Positions 49,975-64,000 of a stretch of 64,000 nt of DNA are shown in pieces. Under the pieces are notes generated by a model. It saw nothing but the letters and a program-made list of their open reading frames with translations. It searched no databases and was not told where the DNA came from. Source of the DNA: Callorhinchus milii (taxonomy: Eukaryota); NCBI RefSeq assembly GCF_018977255.1, contig NW_024704743.1, positions 12,402,001-12,466,000 on the forward strand. Direction: 5' to 3'. A program made the translations under genes and the position numbers. Within the stretch, counting starts at the first letter, position 1. Each line of letters begins with the position of its first letter.

Positions 49975-52900
49975 GGATATAGCGTTTAGATATAGAACTT
50001 CACAGCATATACTGTAAAGTGAATTGAACTGTATTTTGTGGGTGAAACACGGTAGACCATTGTGCACAGCAATGCCCACAAACAACAACAACAATTTGTA
50101 TCTATGTAGCGGTCCTTACGCAGGGTAGCATCCCGGAGTGCTGGACAGTGGCTGTTTATATTTATCTATATCGGAAATGCAAGGATTATTATTGACTATT
50201 ATTAGCATAGGTTGCTGGCATGATTCACCTTGCCATTCCTAAAGTCAAAATCAAATCCTCTCATCTCTCAGACCCCAAAAACAGTTTTTTTGCCATAAAG
50301 CAATTCTATCTAATTCCCTCTTGAGTTTGCTGATGCAATGTGCCTCTGCTTGGTAGTCCAATTTTGTGTATTCACCAAGGCTTGATTTAAAGTAATTAAA
50401 CTTGTCTATTCACCTTTTCCCTTCTGAGCTCAGCATTGATCAGACAGTCTGGTCAAGGACATCTTTTTAGATCTATAATCTCTTCCCTTGGAGATCCAGA
50501 CAATCTAAAATTGCTTAGATGGCTTCTATTGTCTAGGCTGTCCATTTTTTTCCCCCTGTCACCATTTTTCTTTTACCAGCTCCATTCTCTATCTCAACAT
50601 GGCCTGTGATTGAAGAGGGGTAAATTCAAAATAAATCTGTGGAAACACTATTTAAGTGAAGGAGTAGTAAACTTATGGAACAGGCTCCCCAGGGAGACGG
50701 TGGAAGCAGAAAGTGTTCATTCTTTCAAAAGCAAATCAGATACGAAGTAATATTCTGGGATACAATATATAGTATGGGACATGACATGTGCATGTGACTG
50801 CCTGGAAGGTGAACTGGATGGACCATGGTCTTCTTTCATTCAGCAGTTCTATGTTCTTATGTTCTCGAGTTCTTTCACTTCCTTCTCTATGTGTCACTGT
50901 TATCTCAGTCCATTTTTTTGGTGCTCCAGAATCTTATCTTCTCCAGAGCAGCTTTCATTTCTCCTCCAGGATCTTTTTCCTCTTGATTCTCACTATCTCT
51001 CTGTCTCCACTGTTTCATTCGCTCAGCTGGCTCCATGACCCTCAATCCCTCTGCTCCTCCATCAGTATTTTGATCCACTACGCCCCATAATTCTGGAACA
51101 CTGCCTCAATCCTTTTGCCTTGCCCACCTTCAAATTACATCTGAAGACCTTCTTCTTTATCTGTGCCCATGATCACCTTCCCTATCTCTCTCGGGCTCAG
51201 CATCGAGCTCTGCCACTGGTAAGCACTCAAGACTACCCTGTATGAAGAGCACTATATACTTCAAGTTGTTTGATTACTTCAGATTACTTCAAAGCTCTTG
51301 CCTATAGATCCTTTCACTAACACCTCCCTATCTCTCTGATAGTCTCGTACCCCCACTCCTCTGCTCGCCCTCCCCCCTTCACTCAGAATACACAGGCTTT
51401 CTGTGCATCCCCCTGCACCCTCTGTACCACCATTGTGGCCAAGGCTTCAGTCACTAGACTCCTAACCTTTGATGCCCTCTGCCTCTACGCCCAACCTTAC
51501 ACCCTCTAATCTGTCGTTGAATCTGACCTTGAACACATTTTGACCAAGTCACCTCCCCCTCGTTTGGCGTTTTACCCTGGTGCTGTAAAGTGATATCTTA
51601 CATGAAGGTGGCTAGATACATGTAAATTGTTGATATGTAAGGCTCAGTGCAAAGCATTTTCCTTTTTAGTCTTTGGCCCATTTCTTTTGGGGAGGGAGGA
51701 AGGGGATGAAGGGATGTTGCTGTTATACTTTTATACTTCCCACCACATGTGTGTCTAGATTCTGGTTTCATTTTAGGAGATTTAGTAGTGCTGTAATTGC
51801 TTTGGACTGCTCTGGAGCTCATTTGTACGTGGTGCACCTCTGTTCATATCATACTCTGAAGTTAAAGCTCTTACCAAGTCTTAAATGGTTTCATATGCTG
51901 TATTTTGCCCACACAATATACAGTCAATTCACTTTACAGTATATTCTGTGAAGTGCTTTGAGACGTCTCAGTGATGTGGTAAATGTAAGGATTATGTCTC
52001 AAGACCCTCCTCTTCAACCACCCCTTCGGTCACTCTCCTACCCATACCTTCCCTGCCCTCCAACCCTCCTGATCTCAACCTCCAGCTCGGGTCCAAATCT
52101 TTGACTGTCCAGCACCTCCCAATGTGAAAAGCGCTATACAAATGTAATTTTTTGTTATAATAATTATATGAACAGGCTTGTATTTGGTACGAACAAAATG
52201 GGGTTTGAACCCAAAGCCTTCCGACTCCCGAGGTGAGAGTTCTGAGTTAGCTGATACCTTGTGACCAAGGTGGTACTGTGAGGGTGTTGGGGGCAGACTT
52301 GTGCGTGACAGGTTTTAATTTCCCAATGTACACTTCTTTGTAATTATTAGGTTGATCAGTTGATACCACAATATTATTTTTTTAGAAAAAAACTTATACT
52401 ATAACAAGTAATAAATGTACCGAAACACACAAAGAGACTGAAGGGTGTTGTGGAAATATTACGTTAATTGAAAGTTTTATTAATTAAAAATGTTATATTA
52501 AAAGACATCGGCATTTAATAAATAGTGAGTTGGGGTCTCATTGGCTTGAATCTTCTCCTTTGGAATTCATTAACACAAGCTTGTATCAACAGGATCGTTC
52601 AGAAGGGGAATCGGATAAGCATCTGGGTAGTGAAATCATTATGTGATGTAGGGAAAAAGCTGGAAAGTGAATTTAAGATTTAGCATAATCTGGTAGCATT
52701 CACGATGGCCCAAATTGATAATGGGAAAGCTTGCCAGACAGTGCTCTTAATAATAATAATAATATCCTTGCATTTGATATAGTGCTTTATCACATCTTTA
52801 AAATGTCTCAAAGTGCTTGACAGAAAATACTGCAAAGTGAATTAAGTGATTATTTTGTGGGGAAACTATGCAGTTACTATTAACTATTCTTAATGGCAAG

Positions 52901-54375
52901 CAATGCTGTTTTAACTAGTGAGACTCCAGCAGTACCTCCAATTCACATTCTGGGATACCCCAAGCCTTGGCTCTTGCCAGCCTGTGCCTAATACTCCCAG
53001 AATTAGGTAAACAGGATGCGTCCTTCCAGAAGGAAAGTGCGCTTTTCATTCCAACAATCTAGGATTTCCATGTATAGGTGGGACGTAAGCTTTCCCGCTG
53101 CTTGTCCAGCTAGGGCCACCCAACCCATTGGGGCTTTGGTTTGCAGGGTCAACAGGAGCTGAGTGGGATGATTCCCTGATTCCAGTGACTAGTAGAAATT
53201 TACAGTACAGAAGACTATTATGTCCATTGTGTCAACTTCGGTGGGGGGTGTTAATACACTTCCCCCTTTTTCTGAAGCTTCCTGAAGAATTTCTTTGAGC
53301 AGTGACCCAATGTACTTTGTGGAGCTTGCTGAGTGTCAAAGATGACATTGGCAGCAGCAAATAATGTTCTGCAAGTAAATTATTCAATGTGGTAGCCGTT
53401 CCTTTCCGCGCATATACTTATCGGAGAAGGTGGGGTGGTGGAATGGTAGGATAACATCTGAGGATAAATCGTGCACTTTAATAGCAAGGTTTTCAGCTAA
53501 AACTGGTCATCTGATTCAGTGGAATTCAGGGCTCCTCTGAAACGCTCATTTTGTGTCGTGTTTGTGTCGATCCAATGTAATAATGCTGTGAATTCCTCTT
53601 CTGATAACTAGCAAACTTTTCAACATTCTTTGGTGCTAGATGTTTTGATTATATATAACGTGAACATTATTATCCTCCTCGTATTTTCGTATTCCAGTTC
53701 TCCGCTACGTCTTGTAAATCTCTTCACTCACTGGCACCTCCCTACCTTTTCCTACCTCCCCACTCCCCAATAGACCACCTGGCACCTCCACACAACTGGC
53801 ACCGGCCTCCTGCTTGTCCCTCGCACCCTCTTCCCACCATCAGAGGTCACGCTTTCAGCCACTACGCTATGAAACTCTGGAACACTCTCCCTGCGTGGAG
53901 TATATCAGGCCCAAACGTTCTGTGTCCCTGCATTATCCGCTCTTCCTCTGTGACCTCCTAAAACCCTATCAACCAGTGAGGAGGTGAGGACTGGCTTGCA
54001 TTGGAGGTCAGGCCTTTCTGCTGTCACCTTCTGGAATTCCATACCAGAACTCCTCCGTCTCGCCCCTCCTTTTCCTCCTTCAAGGCCCATCTCAAGACCT
54101 TTCTCTTTGACTATGCCTTCAATCATCTTCCCACCTCCACCCCACTTGCCCTCCATCTCTCTTGACTCCAGCTCGGGTGCAAACCCTTGACTATCCAGCG
54201 CCTTGGAAATGTGAAAGGCGCTGTATAAATGCAATTTGTTGTTGTTGGATCTCTGTTTGTAACTCTGCCCAGATGCAAATCACCCACAGGTTGTGAGGAA
54301 CGTGTCAATATCTCCAGCATCTGAAAGAACCCATTGCTCCACACGGACACGTTGTACTTGTTGAAAACACATTGA

Positions 54376-54483
<108 letters not shown>

Positions 54484-57115
54484 TGAAGCACACACACAGT
54501 AAAGCTTATAACATTTCTTTCTCCCCATCCCACGACTTCCAATTTTGCTTTCCTTTCCTGTTGAAGTTTTTTAATATATACAGTGAAACTCACAAGTTGT
54601 TTGGATCTGGAATCCATTGCCTGAAAGGGTGGTGGAAACTGATTCGATGGTCCCGATTGAAATGGATTATTTGAATTTTACTGTAAAAATTGCCATGTGC
54701 CCTCGATTCCTCCACCTAAGTTGCTGGTCTCCACATAAGAGTTTGGAAGGCAAGGGTTTGTGGGTTATTTTGCTGTGGAGGCACTGTAGCTGAGCCTGAG
54801 GTCCACATGCATGCATTTTCCCTCGGAGTTGCGAGATGCAGAAGGTTATGCCATCGATGCTCGGAGCTAGGGAAGGAATTGGAAATCAGCTGTAGACCAG
54901 AATCCGAGCAACAAAAGGCAGGAGATAGATTTGTGGTTTCCATAGTTAGGAAGGAGGCGAGATTGTGAATTTGAAAGTGTTAGGACAAGGATCTTAGTTG
55001 ATTTGTCAGGGGTATTGGGAGCCAGTGGAGGCTGGTGAGGGTAGGGGAGGGTGGTGTGTGAAGATTGGTCCTGAGAGAACACAGGGACCAGAGTTTCTAG
55101 GAAAGACAAGGATAGGGTAGTGCTATCTAGTATAATATAATACTTGCATTTGATATAGCACCTTATCACGCTGTGTCTCAAAGCACTTCCATCAAATATT
55201 ACTGTAAAGTGATTGAAACTGTTACAGTATTTGTAGGCAATACATCAGCCATTTTATGCTCAGCATTGTCCCACAAACAGCCATGAGGTGAATAATGTTT
55301 TTTGTGCGGGAGGAATTCTTGGCCAGAACGTTGCGTGAAATTCCTTTGTTTTTTCAATACTAAGACTGTATCTTTAACATCCACCTATACAGGCACAGAC
55401 AGGTCCTTGGTTTAATGTCTCATCTGAAGAACGGCATCTTATGAGATTCCTGACATGACGTCTCAAAGTTCTTTACAGAATATATTGTAAAGTGAATTGA
55501 CTATATTTTGTGGGCAAAAAGTCACAACCAATTGCAACAGCAGTGTCCCACAAGCACTCGTGGATTGAGTGACCAAATGTAATTATTTTATTTATTCTTT
55601 GAAGGGATTATTAACCCCCTGGAAAGCAATCTGCCATTCGTCTAACAACTGGGTTCCTACTGACTGCTAGGTAAACAGGAGGCGTGTGGAGTAAGGAAAC
55701 CTGCATAAGGTTTCGCCCTTCCCCAGGTATCAGACCCGGGCCCTCTTGCCTGCGAGGCAAGTGCTCTAACCGCAAAGCAACAGGTCTCCATAAATTGCAC
55801 CCCGCCCCTACAAATTCCCCCCCCCCCCACCTTCCTGCTCCCTTAAACACTTCCAGGTGGTTTGTCTCTTGAAGGGTGGTGGAAACGAAGGGTTCTGAAG
55901 ATGTTTCTCCAAGGGGTGTGACAGCAAATGGAAGAAATTGGTTTGTGGTGTTGGGGGGAACCATTTCACAGCTATTAACAGCCATGTGATGTGCTCGTTG
56001 GAATACTTGGTAGTGATTTATCATCCAAGCTAGCTGTATTATTAAACCCTCAGACAGCACTTTGTCCTGGTGTCAGCATAACCGTGCCAGCAATCCCGTT
56101 GAACTTTTCCCACATGTACTGTGCAATAAAACTGCAGGACCTCTAGCAGAAGTGTGAAACTAGCTCCATTCGACTTCCTTCAATGTCCTTTCATGCTGTT
56201 TATAGCTTTAAAACATTTCTGGTGTAGTGCTGTCTGGGGACTTGAAATATATAGCTAATGGGCATAACCTCAAGAGGTTAGTAATTGTCTCTGTGAACTT
56301 GCAAATGCATCTTTGGACCCCATGAACCCATGTGGAGTCCTGTAGCTTAGTTAGAGCACTTGTCTCACAAGCGAGAGGACCTGGGTTTGATTCCCAGGCG
56401 GAGCGATATCTTAGGCAAGTTTCCTTACTCCACACACTTCTGTTTACCTAGCAGTAAGTAGGACTGGTTGTTTGTCGATTGGGAGATTGCTTTCCGGGGG
56501 TAATAATCCCTTTAAAACAATAATAATAATAACTTGGTCACTCAATCCACGACTATTTGTGAGACACCGCTGTGCGCAATTGGCTGCTGCATTTTGCCCA
56601 CAAAATATACAGTCAATTCATTTATATTCTGTGAAGCATTTTGAGAAGTCTTGATGACTTGATAAGGCACGATATCAAATGCAAGCATTATTATGTCATA
56701 TTGTTGCTGTAAGTTTCATTACAGTACAATACATTTATATAGTGCCTTTCACACCAGGAGGAAGTCCCAATGCATTTAACATTCCTGGTTGGGCATCTGA
56801 GCTGGGAAGGGAGTCGAGGGATTCTTTGAAAGATGACCTTTTTCACACTCTTGAGCCAAGTTATCCTTTTGTTTTATATAAAGCTTGCTTCGGCATTCAT
56901 TTGAGCTCGGATCAGTCTCCTGCACCAACGCAAGACACTATGGGCTGAGTGGCCTCCTTCTATGCTGTAAATATATCTGGAGATTCTATTCTTAGACCTC
57001 ATTTAAAATCTCTGCACTTCATCTTTCTTCAGAGGTTAATGCTCTGAAATTCTTTTGACCGCTGCATTCCTCGAAGATTGTACCCTGCCTCGATGCCTTT
57101 TGGGCTTTAGCCTCA

Positions 57116-58266
57116 TAATAATAATAACCCTTGCATTTGATATAACGCTTTTCACGTCGGGAGGACGTCCCAAAGCGCTTCACAGAACACACTGTAAAGT
57201 GAATTGACTGTATATTTGTGGGCGAAGGCGGCAGCCAATTGCACACAGCAATGTCCCACAAACAGTTGTAGATTGAAAATGACCAATTTATTATTTTTGG
57301 ATTTGGAGGGATTATTATTAGGCGTGTGGAGTAAAGAAACTTGCCCAAGGTTTCGCCCTCTGCCTGCCTCATGCATCAATCAGTAAAGTCTGAAGATTGG
57401 AAGGGGATGGTTCATTTCAAGTCCACGTGTTCTAAGGCACGCAGCCATTCAGGTGGGTCCTAGGCTCACAATTGAGACCCAGATGTACAAATGTGCCTAT
57501 TTTTGCAAAGACTACCACATCATTGAAAGCTTGCACATGAAGTTGCATGCCAAACACCAATTTGCAGGCGCCCTAAGAATAACATCGTCGAGACGTCTCA
57601 AAGTACTTCACGGATCTAATGTAAAGTGGTGTGACTTCTACAGCTTGTACAGCAATATCTCGCAAACAGCCATGGAGTGAGTGACTAATTTTATTTAGGA
57701 AATGGCTAAGATGTTGGGATAATCTCCCTTCACTTTTTGAATAGTGCCATGGGATCTTTAACATATTCCTGCGCAGGCAAATGGAGCCTCGGTTTAATGT
57801 CTCATCTAAAGGATGGATGGCACCTCTGATAATCCAGCACATCCTCAACACCGTATAAACGATATGGGTTCCAAGTCCCGCCGGGGTTGAACCCACAACC
57901 CTCTGACTCGGAGGTTCTACCAACTGAGCCAAGCTGACACTACTGGGATGGCAATAGCACTGTAGAACTGCTTGGTATAGCACGACCTTGCTCATAGTGC
58001 CCTGTGGACCTTTGTTAACCAGTGCTTAAGAAGTGACTGAGCCCTGGTTTGGCAGATCACTGATTGATGTCACTTCCTGCAGGCGCTGCACGGGAAACAT
58101 CGCTGATGTCACTTCCTGCTCTTAGCACCCGTGCTTCAAATTAACTGATTGCTTGTCTGATTGTTTTATGAGTGGTTGCCGCCGCAGATTAGCTATTGCA
58201 TTTGCCTATATACAATTTACTTTGTTTCTTATCAATTATATTAAATGTCAGCCTGGTTCAGTTGAT
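57116..58266 (-). repeat. Inverted duplication, right (source) arm
   Basis: Reverse complement of 48818-49974; continues into an intact SINE head beyond 58266. Confidence 0.95.
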
Positions 58267-58691
58267 AGCACTCTCGCACCTGAGTCAAAGTTGTGGGTTC
58301 AAGCCCTACATCGGTACTTTCAGCTCACATTGTGTAGGCTGACACTCCAATGTGCACTACATACTCAGAGAAGCTGTGGTTTGGATGAGATGGTAAACCG
58401 TCGTCTTGTCTGCCTGTTGAGGGGACATTAAAGATGCAGTGACACTTTCCAAAAGAGAAGGGAGTTTCTAGGCTGGTGTCTTAGCCAACACATCCTCCAA
58501 ATGAAATTGGTCACTTATTCATGGCTGTTTGTGGCATATTACTGTTTTCAAACTAGCTGCTGTATTTTGCCCACAAAACACAAGTCAAAACCACTTTACA
58601 GTATATTCTGTGAAGCGCTTTGAGATGTTGTTTTAGTCTGATTCAGTGTAACACAATTCCGGTCATGTAAAGAAGTCGCAGTAAAGAACAA

Positions 58692-59080
58692 CAGGTCAGG
58701 CAGCACCTATAGGGAAACAAATTATTCAATTCATGATTTCAATAATTTCAGACCATAACAGCTCACCTTCCCCNTCCCCTCTTCTGTGACCATTACTTTT
58801 CACTGGTCTGCCTGTCATGTGCAATTCCCCCACCCCCTTTGTTTTGCATCATTAAAACCCCTTTACCCCATCATCCCTTGTCCTCTACCCCATTTTCTCC
58901 TTTGTCTTCCTTGCCCTGCTTCCCCCTTCTCCATTAGCCCTTAAAAGCCTCTCCCTACCAACATGCCTCAGTTCTGACGAAGGGTCGTGGACCCGAAATA
59001 TTGACTCACTTTCCTTTCTCCGTAGCTGCTGCCTGACCTGCTGAGTGTTCCCAGCGACTTCTGTTTTTATTTCAGATTTC
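58692..59080 (+). mobile_element. Penelope pseudo-LTR with hammerhead motif (58970-59006)
   Basis: Homologous to 47682-47912; contains CTGACGA-A-GGGTC-GTG-GACCC-GAAA. Confidence 0.8.
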
Positions 59081-60579
59081 TGGCTCGGTGACAGAAAGTA
59101 GAGGATAGTGGTGAAGGGTTGTTTTTCAGACTAGAGGGAAGCATACAGGAGTGTCCTCAGGGTTTTAGGTATTAGGTCCACTACTTTTTTTGTTATCTGT
59201 GAATGACTTGGGTACAGAGTGCAACATTTTGAAGTTTGCAGGTCACACAAAACTTGGGAGCGTGGTAAATAGTGAGGACTCCTTCTGTGCTGTAATATTC
59301 TTTGATTATATGATAACTCCAAACGCCTCTGTTTACCTACTCCACATGCCTATGTCTTCTTACTCCAAAACCCCGGGTCCTCTCGCTTGTGAGGTGAGTG
59401 TGCTAACCAATATGCAACAGGACTCCTGATATGATGGGGAGCTAACTGAATAGATCAAGAAGGGAAGGAGTGTGAAATAATTGCTCTTTAAAATGCCTGC
59501 AAAGGCACAAATGGCCTTCTTCTGAACTATAAATTTCTGTGGTTCAATGGAACCTGCAATCTTTTCGTCTGTGTGGCATTATCCACAAGACCACCTGTGA
59601 ACTCTTCCCTGTGTTTTTTAAAACCTCGCACTTTGTGCTGAATAGTTCTGGCTGCATTCTCGAATCACTCCTTATTTTTAAATTACATTCCCCAATTTTC
59701 CAATCCTTTGTTGGTATAAACTGGATTAACTTTGTTAATCTTCTTTCTAATTTGTAAAACTTTCCAATGGTCCCTTCAACTTTTCCCTCATAAACATGAG
59801 CTTCCTTGAGTTGAGTTATTCGATGCTGCTAAAGGTTCTTCTAAAAGTTTCTTTTCTTTCCTCATGTTGTGGTAACACTCTCTACTCCAGATTTAAGGAA
59901 GCATCAATTTAAGATGGTTGGCAAATGAGAAAATGCAACGGTCAGAAAAAGGGTAGGGTGGTCCTAGCTGGACAAGCAGTGGGAAAACTTGCCAAACAGT
60001 GCTATCAATGGCAAGCTACGTGTTTTTTTTCTGGTTCAATTCCAGCTTTTACCCCAACACACACACTTGAATTCCGAAGCCTTGAAGTTTCTGCACCTAG
60101 ATTCTGCACCTGATACTTTCCGGAATTAGATAATTCGGTAATCAGGGAGGTCCTCTTTGTGCGAAAGGCGCTATTACCAAATGTAAGGATTATTTTAATC
60201 TTATTCTCCAAATCATTTGTGCTTCAAGTTGTCTTGGAGGCTAATCTAAAGGTGCTTATTTACCATTTGCCTTCATGATAATAAAATATCTGTAACTGTA
60301 CAGCATCAGAACTTGAAAACATGATCTATCTATTGAGTGCAGCCTAACATCATAAATCCAGGACCAGCAGCCGAAATTGGAAAGTAAAACTGAAGCTCAG
60401 TCTGTGACCTCCACATTAAATGTACTTCACATAATGCCGAGTCACATTTCAACCGACTGAGCACAGACAGTGCTGGACTTGAGCCAGCGATGAATGACAA
60501 CTCCTAATGTGGAGGGAAGGGCAACAGATGGCTTGCCTGCAAGCTTGGGAATGAAAAGTATGGTGTTTGGCATAATTAG

Positions 60580-60901
60580 TAATAATAATAATAATCCTTG
60601 CATTTGATATAGCGCTTTTCACGTCAGGACGTCCCAAAGCGATTCACAGAACACACTGTAAAGTGAATTGACTGTATATTTGTGGGCGAACGCGGCAGCC
60701 AATTGCGCACAGCAATGTCCCACAAACAGTCGTAGATTGAAAATGACCAATTTTTTTTATTATTTTTTTTTTTGGAGGGATTATTATTAGGCTCTGTGTG
60801 GAGTAAGGAAACTTGCCCAAGGTTTCGCCCTCTGCCTGGAATTGAACTCGGGTCTCTCACTTGCAAAGCGAGTGCTCTAACCACTGAGCTACAGGACTCC
60901 A
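60580..60901 (-). mobile_element. Full-length young tRNA-derived SINE
   Basis: Near-identical reverse complement of 30452-30777. Confidence 0.92.
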
Positions 60902-63900
60902 CATTTAAAATTCATTAGGTAGAGTTTGCACCCCTTAAAAGGAGAACTCAAATCTATAGCCACTTCTGAAGGATGTCTATACACCACAGGTTTTTTAAAA
61001 AGTGTGCTGCAATTATCTGCCTGAATGAGTACAAAGATGGCAACGATGAGGGATCTAAATTTTACAGCCTTTATTCCCTTTGTAACAATATTCATTGTGT
61101 GGGTGGATAGACTGGCATAGTGCTGGCTCCTTTCAGATACGTCAAACAGCAGAACAAAAGGAGCATAGGTTCAGGGTTGGCAAAGGCAATTTCAAGACAG
61201 AAACCAGGAAGTATTTTGCTCTCCCCTCCCCCCAGGAAAATAACAGCAACAATGTTACATTATGGATTCCCTTAACATAGTGGTTAGCATGCTCGCCTCG
61301 CAAGTGAGATGACTCGGGTTCGATTCCCAGGATATATATCACATGCAAGGATTATTTTCATATATATATAAAATATATGTATATATAGTACCTTTCATGT
61401 CAGAACGACCTCTCAAAGCAATGACTGGAACTGGTTACCAGGAAGGGTGGTCAAGGCTAGTATTTAAGAACCAGCTTGATGCTGTGGTAGGAGAGTGGGT
61501 GTTCTGGAAGGATAAGATCAAATGGGTCGAAGGGTTCTCTTCATCTAAATTTTTCTTTTTATCTTGTGAGGGTTTTATCAAAGGATCAGGATGTGAATCA
61601 ATGAATGTTACAGCACATTAATGGGCCATTTTTGGCCCATCAATTCTCCACGAGTGTTTCTTCTCCATGTGAATTGAGTTATCTAATACAATTTCATTCT
61701 GATATTTAATATTCTTCTCATTTGTGGGAAGAACCCTCTTGGACAAGGTTGGGACTCTTTCCTTTGAGTCCCTAAACTGAGTTCCTGTCTGCATCTTTAG
61801 ATGGATGTTAAGGATCCTGCGGCGCTATTCAAAAAGAGAAGGGAGTTTTTCCCGGTGTCCTGTCCAACAATCCCATAAATAAAAAGTGGTCACTTATGGC
61901 TGTTTGTGGGACATTGCTGTGCACAACTGACTGCCGTTTTTGCCCACAAAATACACAGTCACTGCACTTTACAGTAATATCCTGCATGTGCATTTACCGG
62001 CTGCAAGTGCGTGTGTGTGTTGGGTGAAGGGTTAGTGGAATAAATGAAATGAGGGTACAGATTAACAATTTTTTGTGAATACAAATCACTTAAGTTCTGA
62101 CCTGAAAGCACAGTTTTGCGGGAAAAGGATTTGAAATCACAGGCATTGTCATGCGTAATTGGCATTTGAATACAACATATTTATACCATTAAGCCTAGGT
62201 GCTATATTAAATGCAAGGATTATTATTATTACATCTGCTAGCAGCTATCTCATAAATAAAAACTCCCTCTGGTTTTGGACTCACCAACAAGTGGTTTTGG
62301 ATTCACCAACAAGTGATTAACGTTCACCTTATTGAATCCTTTCATAATGTTAAAATACCTCTGTCGGGTCTCCTCTCAAACATCTCATCTCCAGAGAAAT
62401 AAAGCTCCAAACTTTCCAAATAGAATTAAGAAATAGCTTGAGACTCAGCCAGCCATCTGAATATTAAATTGCCAGCGACTGTGATTATAAAACTACATTC
62501 TTAGCATGTAACAGAATTACTCAAAGCTAAGGCTTTAAATTCTAGAGTGCAATTAATCGTTCCACTTCTGATGTATGCAGATATCAGTGACTGCTTGAGA
62601 GTTATAACATTGAAAAAAGACGGATGGTGATTAAAAAGTCAAGATCTGACAGCATATATTCCTCATTGTAAAATGTGACTTTTTTGGGTCAGTCATGTGT
62701 CTTAACTCGTGCGGAAACTCATCATCCTCCTTGAGGGTATCCAACCAGACTGAGAGTTCCAAATATGTATGCCACCTAATGTGTGGAAATATCCTGTGTC
62801 TGGAATGGACTGCACATTATCTCCTTGGAAGGACGCGCTTGTTTTACTTAATGCTGGAAAGTATTCACAACAACAACAACAAATTACATTTATTTAGCGC
62901 CTTTCACTTAGGGAGAATGTCCCACGGCAATGGATAGCGAAAGAATAGAGAAAGGTTTCCACCTGAGCTGGGGTTGGAATCAAGAGGGGTACAGGATGGG
63001 AGGATGACTGAAGGGCTTGAGATGGACCTTGAAGGAGGCAAGGGAGGGAGTGAGGTGGAGGTAATCTGGGGTGGAGTTGCAGAGGGTGGGGATAGAAAGG
63101 CTGAAGGCCTGATCACCAATGGGAGGGAGCAGTGTGCGTCAACATGGAGGGGCCAGTACCTGCCGAACGGAGGAAGCAGGAAGGTAGGTAAGTAACTGAA
63201 GGCTCAGGTTGACAAGAGCTAAGACTTGGGTTAACCAGCTAACACTGTATAGCTTGCCATTGAAAGCATTGTCTGGCAAGCTTCCTGCTGCTTGTCCAGC
63301 TAGGACTATCCTACCCATTAGTTCTTTTCCTTGCAGGGTTAATGGGAGCTGAGTGGGAAGGAACTCTACTCTCAGTGCACTGTAAGAGACCTGGGAAACT
63401 ATGTTAGTATAATCATCCACTTGCAAGAAACCCAGACAACCAGAATTGCTCAGCGCCCAATGCTATTTATATCCTGCAGACAAAATTCACTGGCTCTGCC
63501 AGATACCTTAGATAGACTGGGTGAGCATAACTGAGAACAGAAGAGTCTTCTGGTACCACTGCACCAAGATGTTCGATAATTTTGGTTTACGTTCCGGAAA
63601 CTGCTGGCTGCTTTGCACATTTCCCAATGGTTCAGATGACATTTATCCAGCAAGTCCAAAAAAATAATACTTGCATTTTTAATAATAATCCTTACATGTG
63701 ATTACATTTGATCCTTACATAGCTCCTTATCACGTTGTTGAGACATCTCAAAGCACTTCACAGAATATACTGTAAAGTGAATTGACTGAATATTTTGTGG
63801 GCGAAACACGGCAGCCAATTGCGCACTGCAGTGTCACACAAACAGTTGGGGATTAAGTGACCAAATTATTATGATAAAAGATTACCTAGTAGATTAAATA

Positions 63901-64000
63901 GGGATCTTAGAAGGATCTTCTTCACACGAGAGGGTGGTGAGAATGTGGAACGGTGTGAGATTGTGGCAAAAAAAAGCATCAACATATTTAAGATAAAGCT

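Noticed and set aside
62270..62315. Short direct duplications (also near 33348-33391 and 20159-20206)
   Set aside because: Ordinary slippage duplications with nothing to suggest function.

Overview
Repeat-rich vertebrate genomic DNA. The repeat content (L2, CR1, Penelope, tRNA/Deu-type SINEs) points to a cartilaginous fish, probably a chimaera; this is an inference. The window lies inside PRKAG2 (AMPK gamma-2 subunit) on the + strand. Three coding exons are recognisable, with canonical splice sites and the lengths and phases I recall for human exons 4, 6 and 7: 22596-22813 (218 nt), 44901-45010 (110 nt) and 54397-54478 (82 nt). The exon-5 equivalent needed to keep the frame was not found and may lie in the assembly gap at 40627-40656. 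The rest is intronic: decayed L2 LINEs, two tRNA-headed SINE families with L2-type tails, CR1 scraps, palindromic Penelope insertions carrying minimal hammerhead motifs, an unclassified A-tailed hairpin-rich repeat, and several minisatellites. The most notable observations are: (1) a near-perfect 1.15-kb inverted duplication bracketing the CBS1 exon, with junctions suggesting SINE-mediated templated insertion; (2) hammerhead motifs, three of them on the pre-mRNA strand; (3) a compensatory base pair in the stem-loop shared by L2 and SINE tails; (4) an unnamed structured repeat. I found no evidence for a wholly new gene system. Most ORFs in the track are repeat-derived. Repeat boundaries are approximate.
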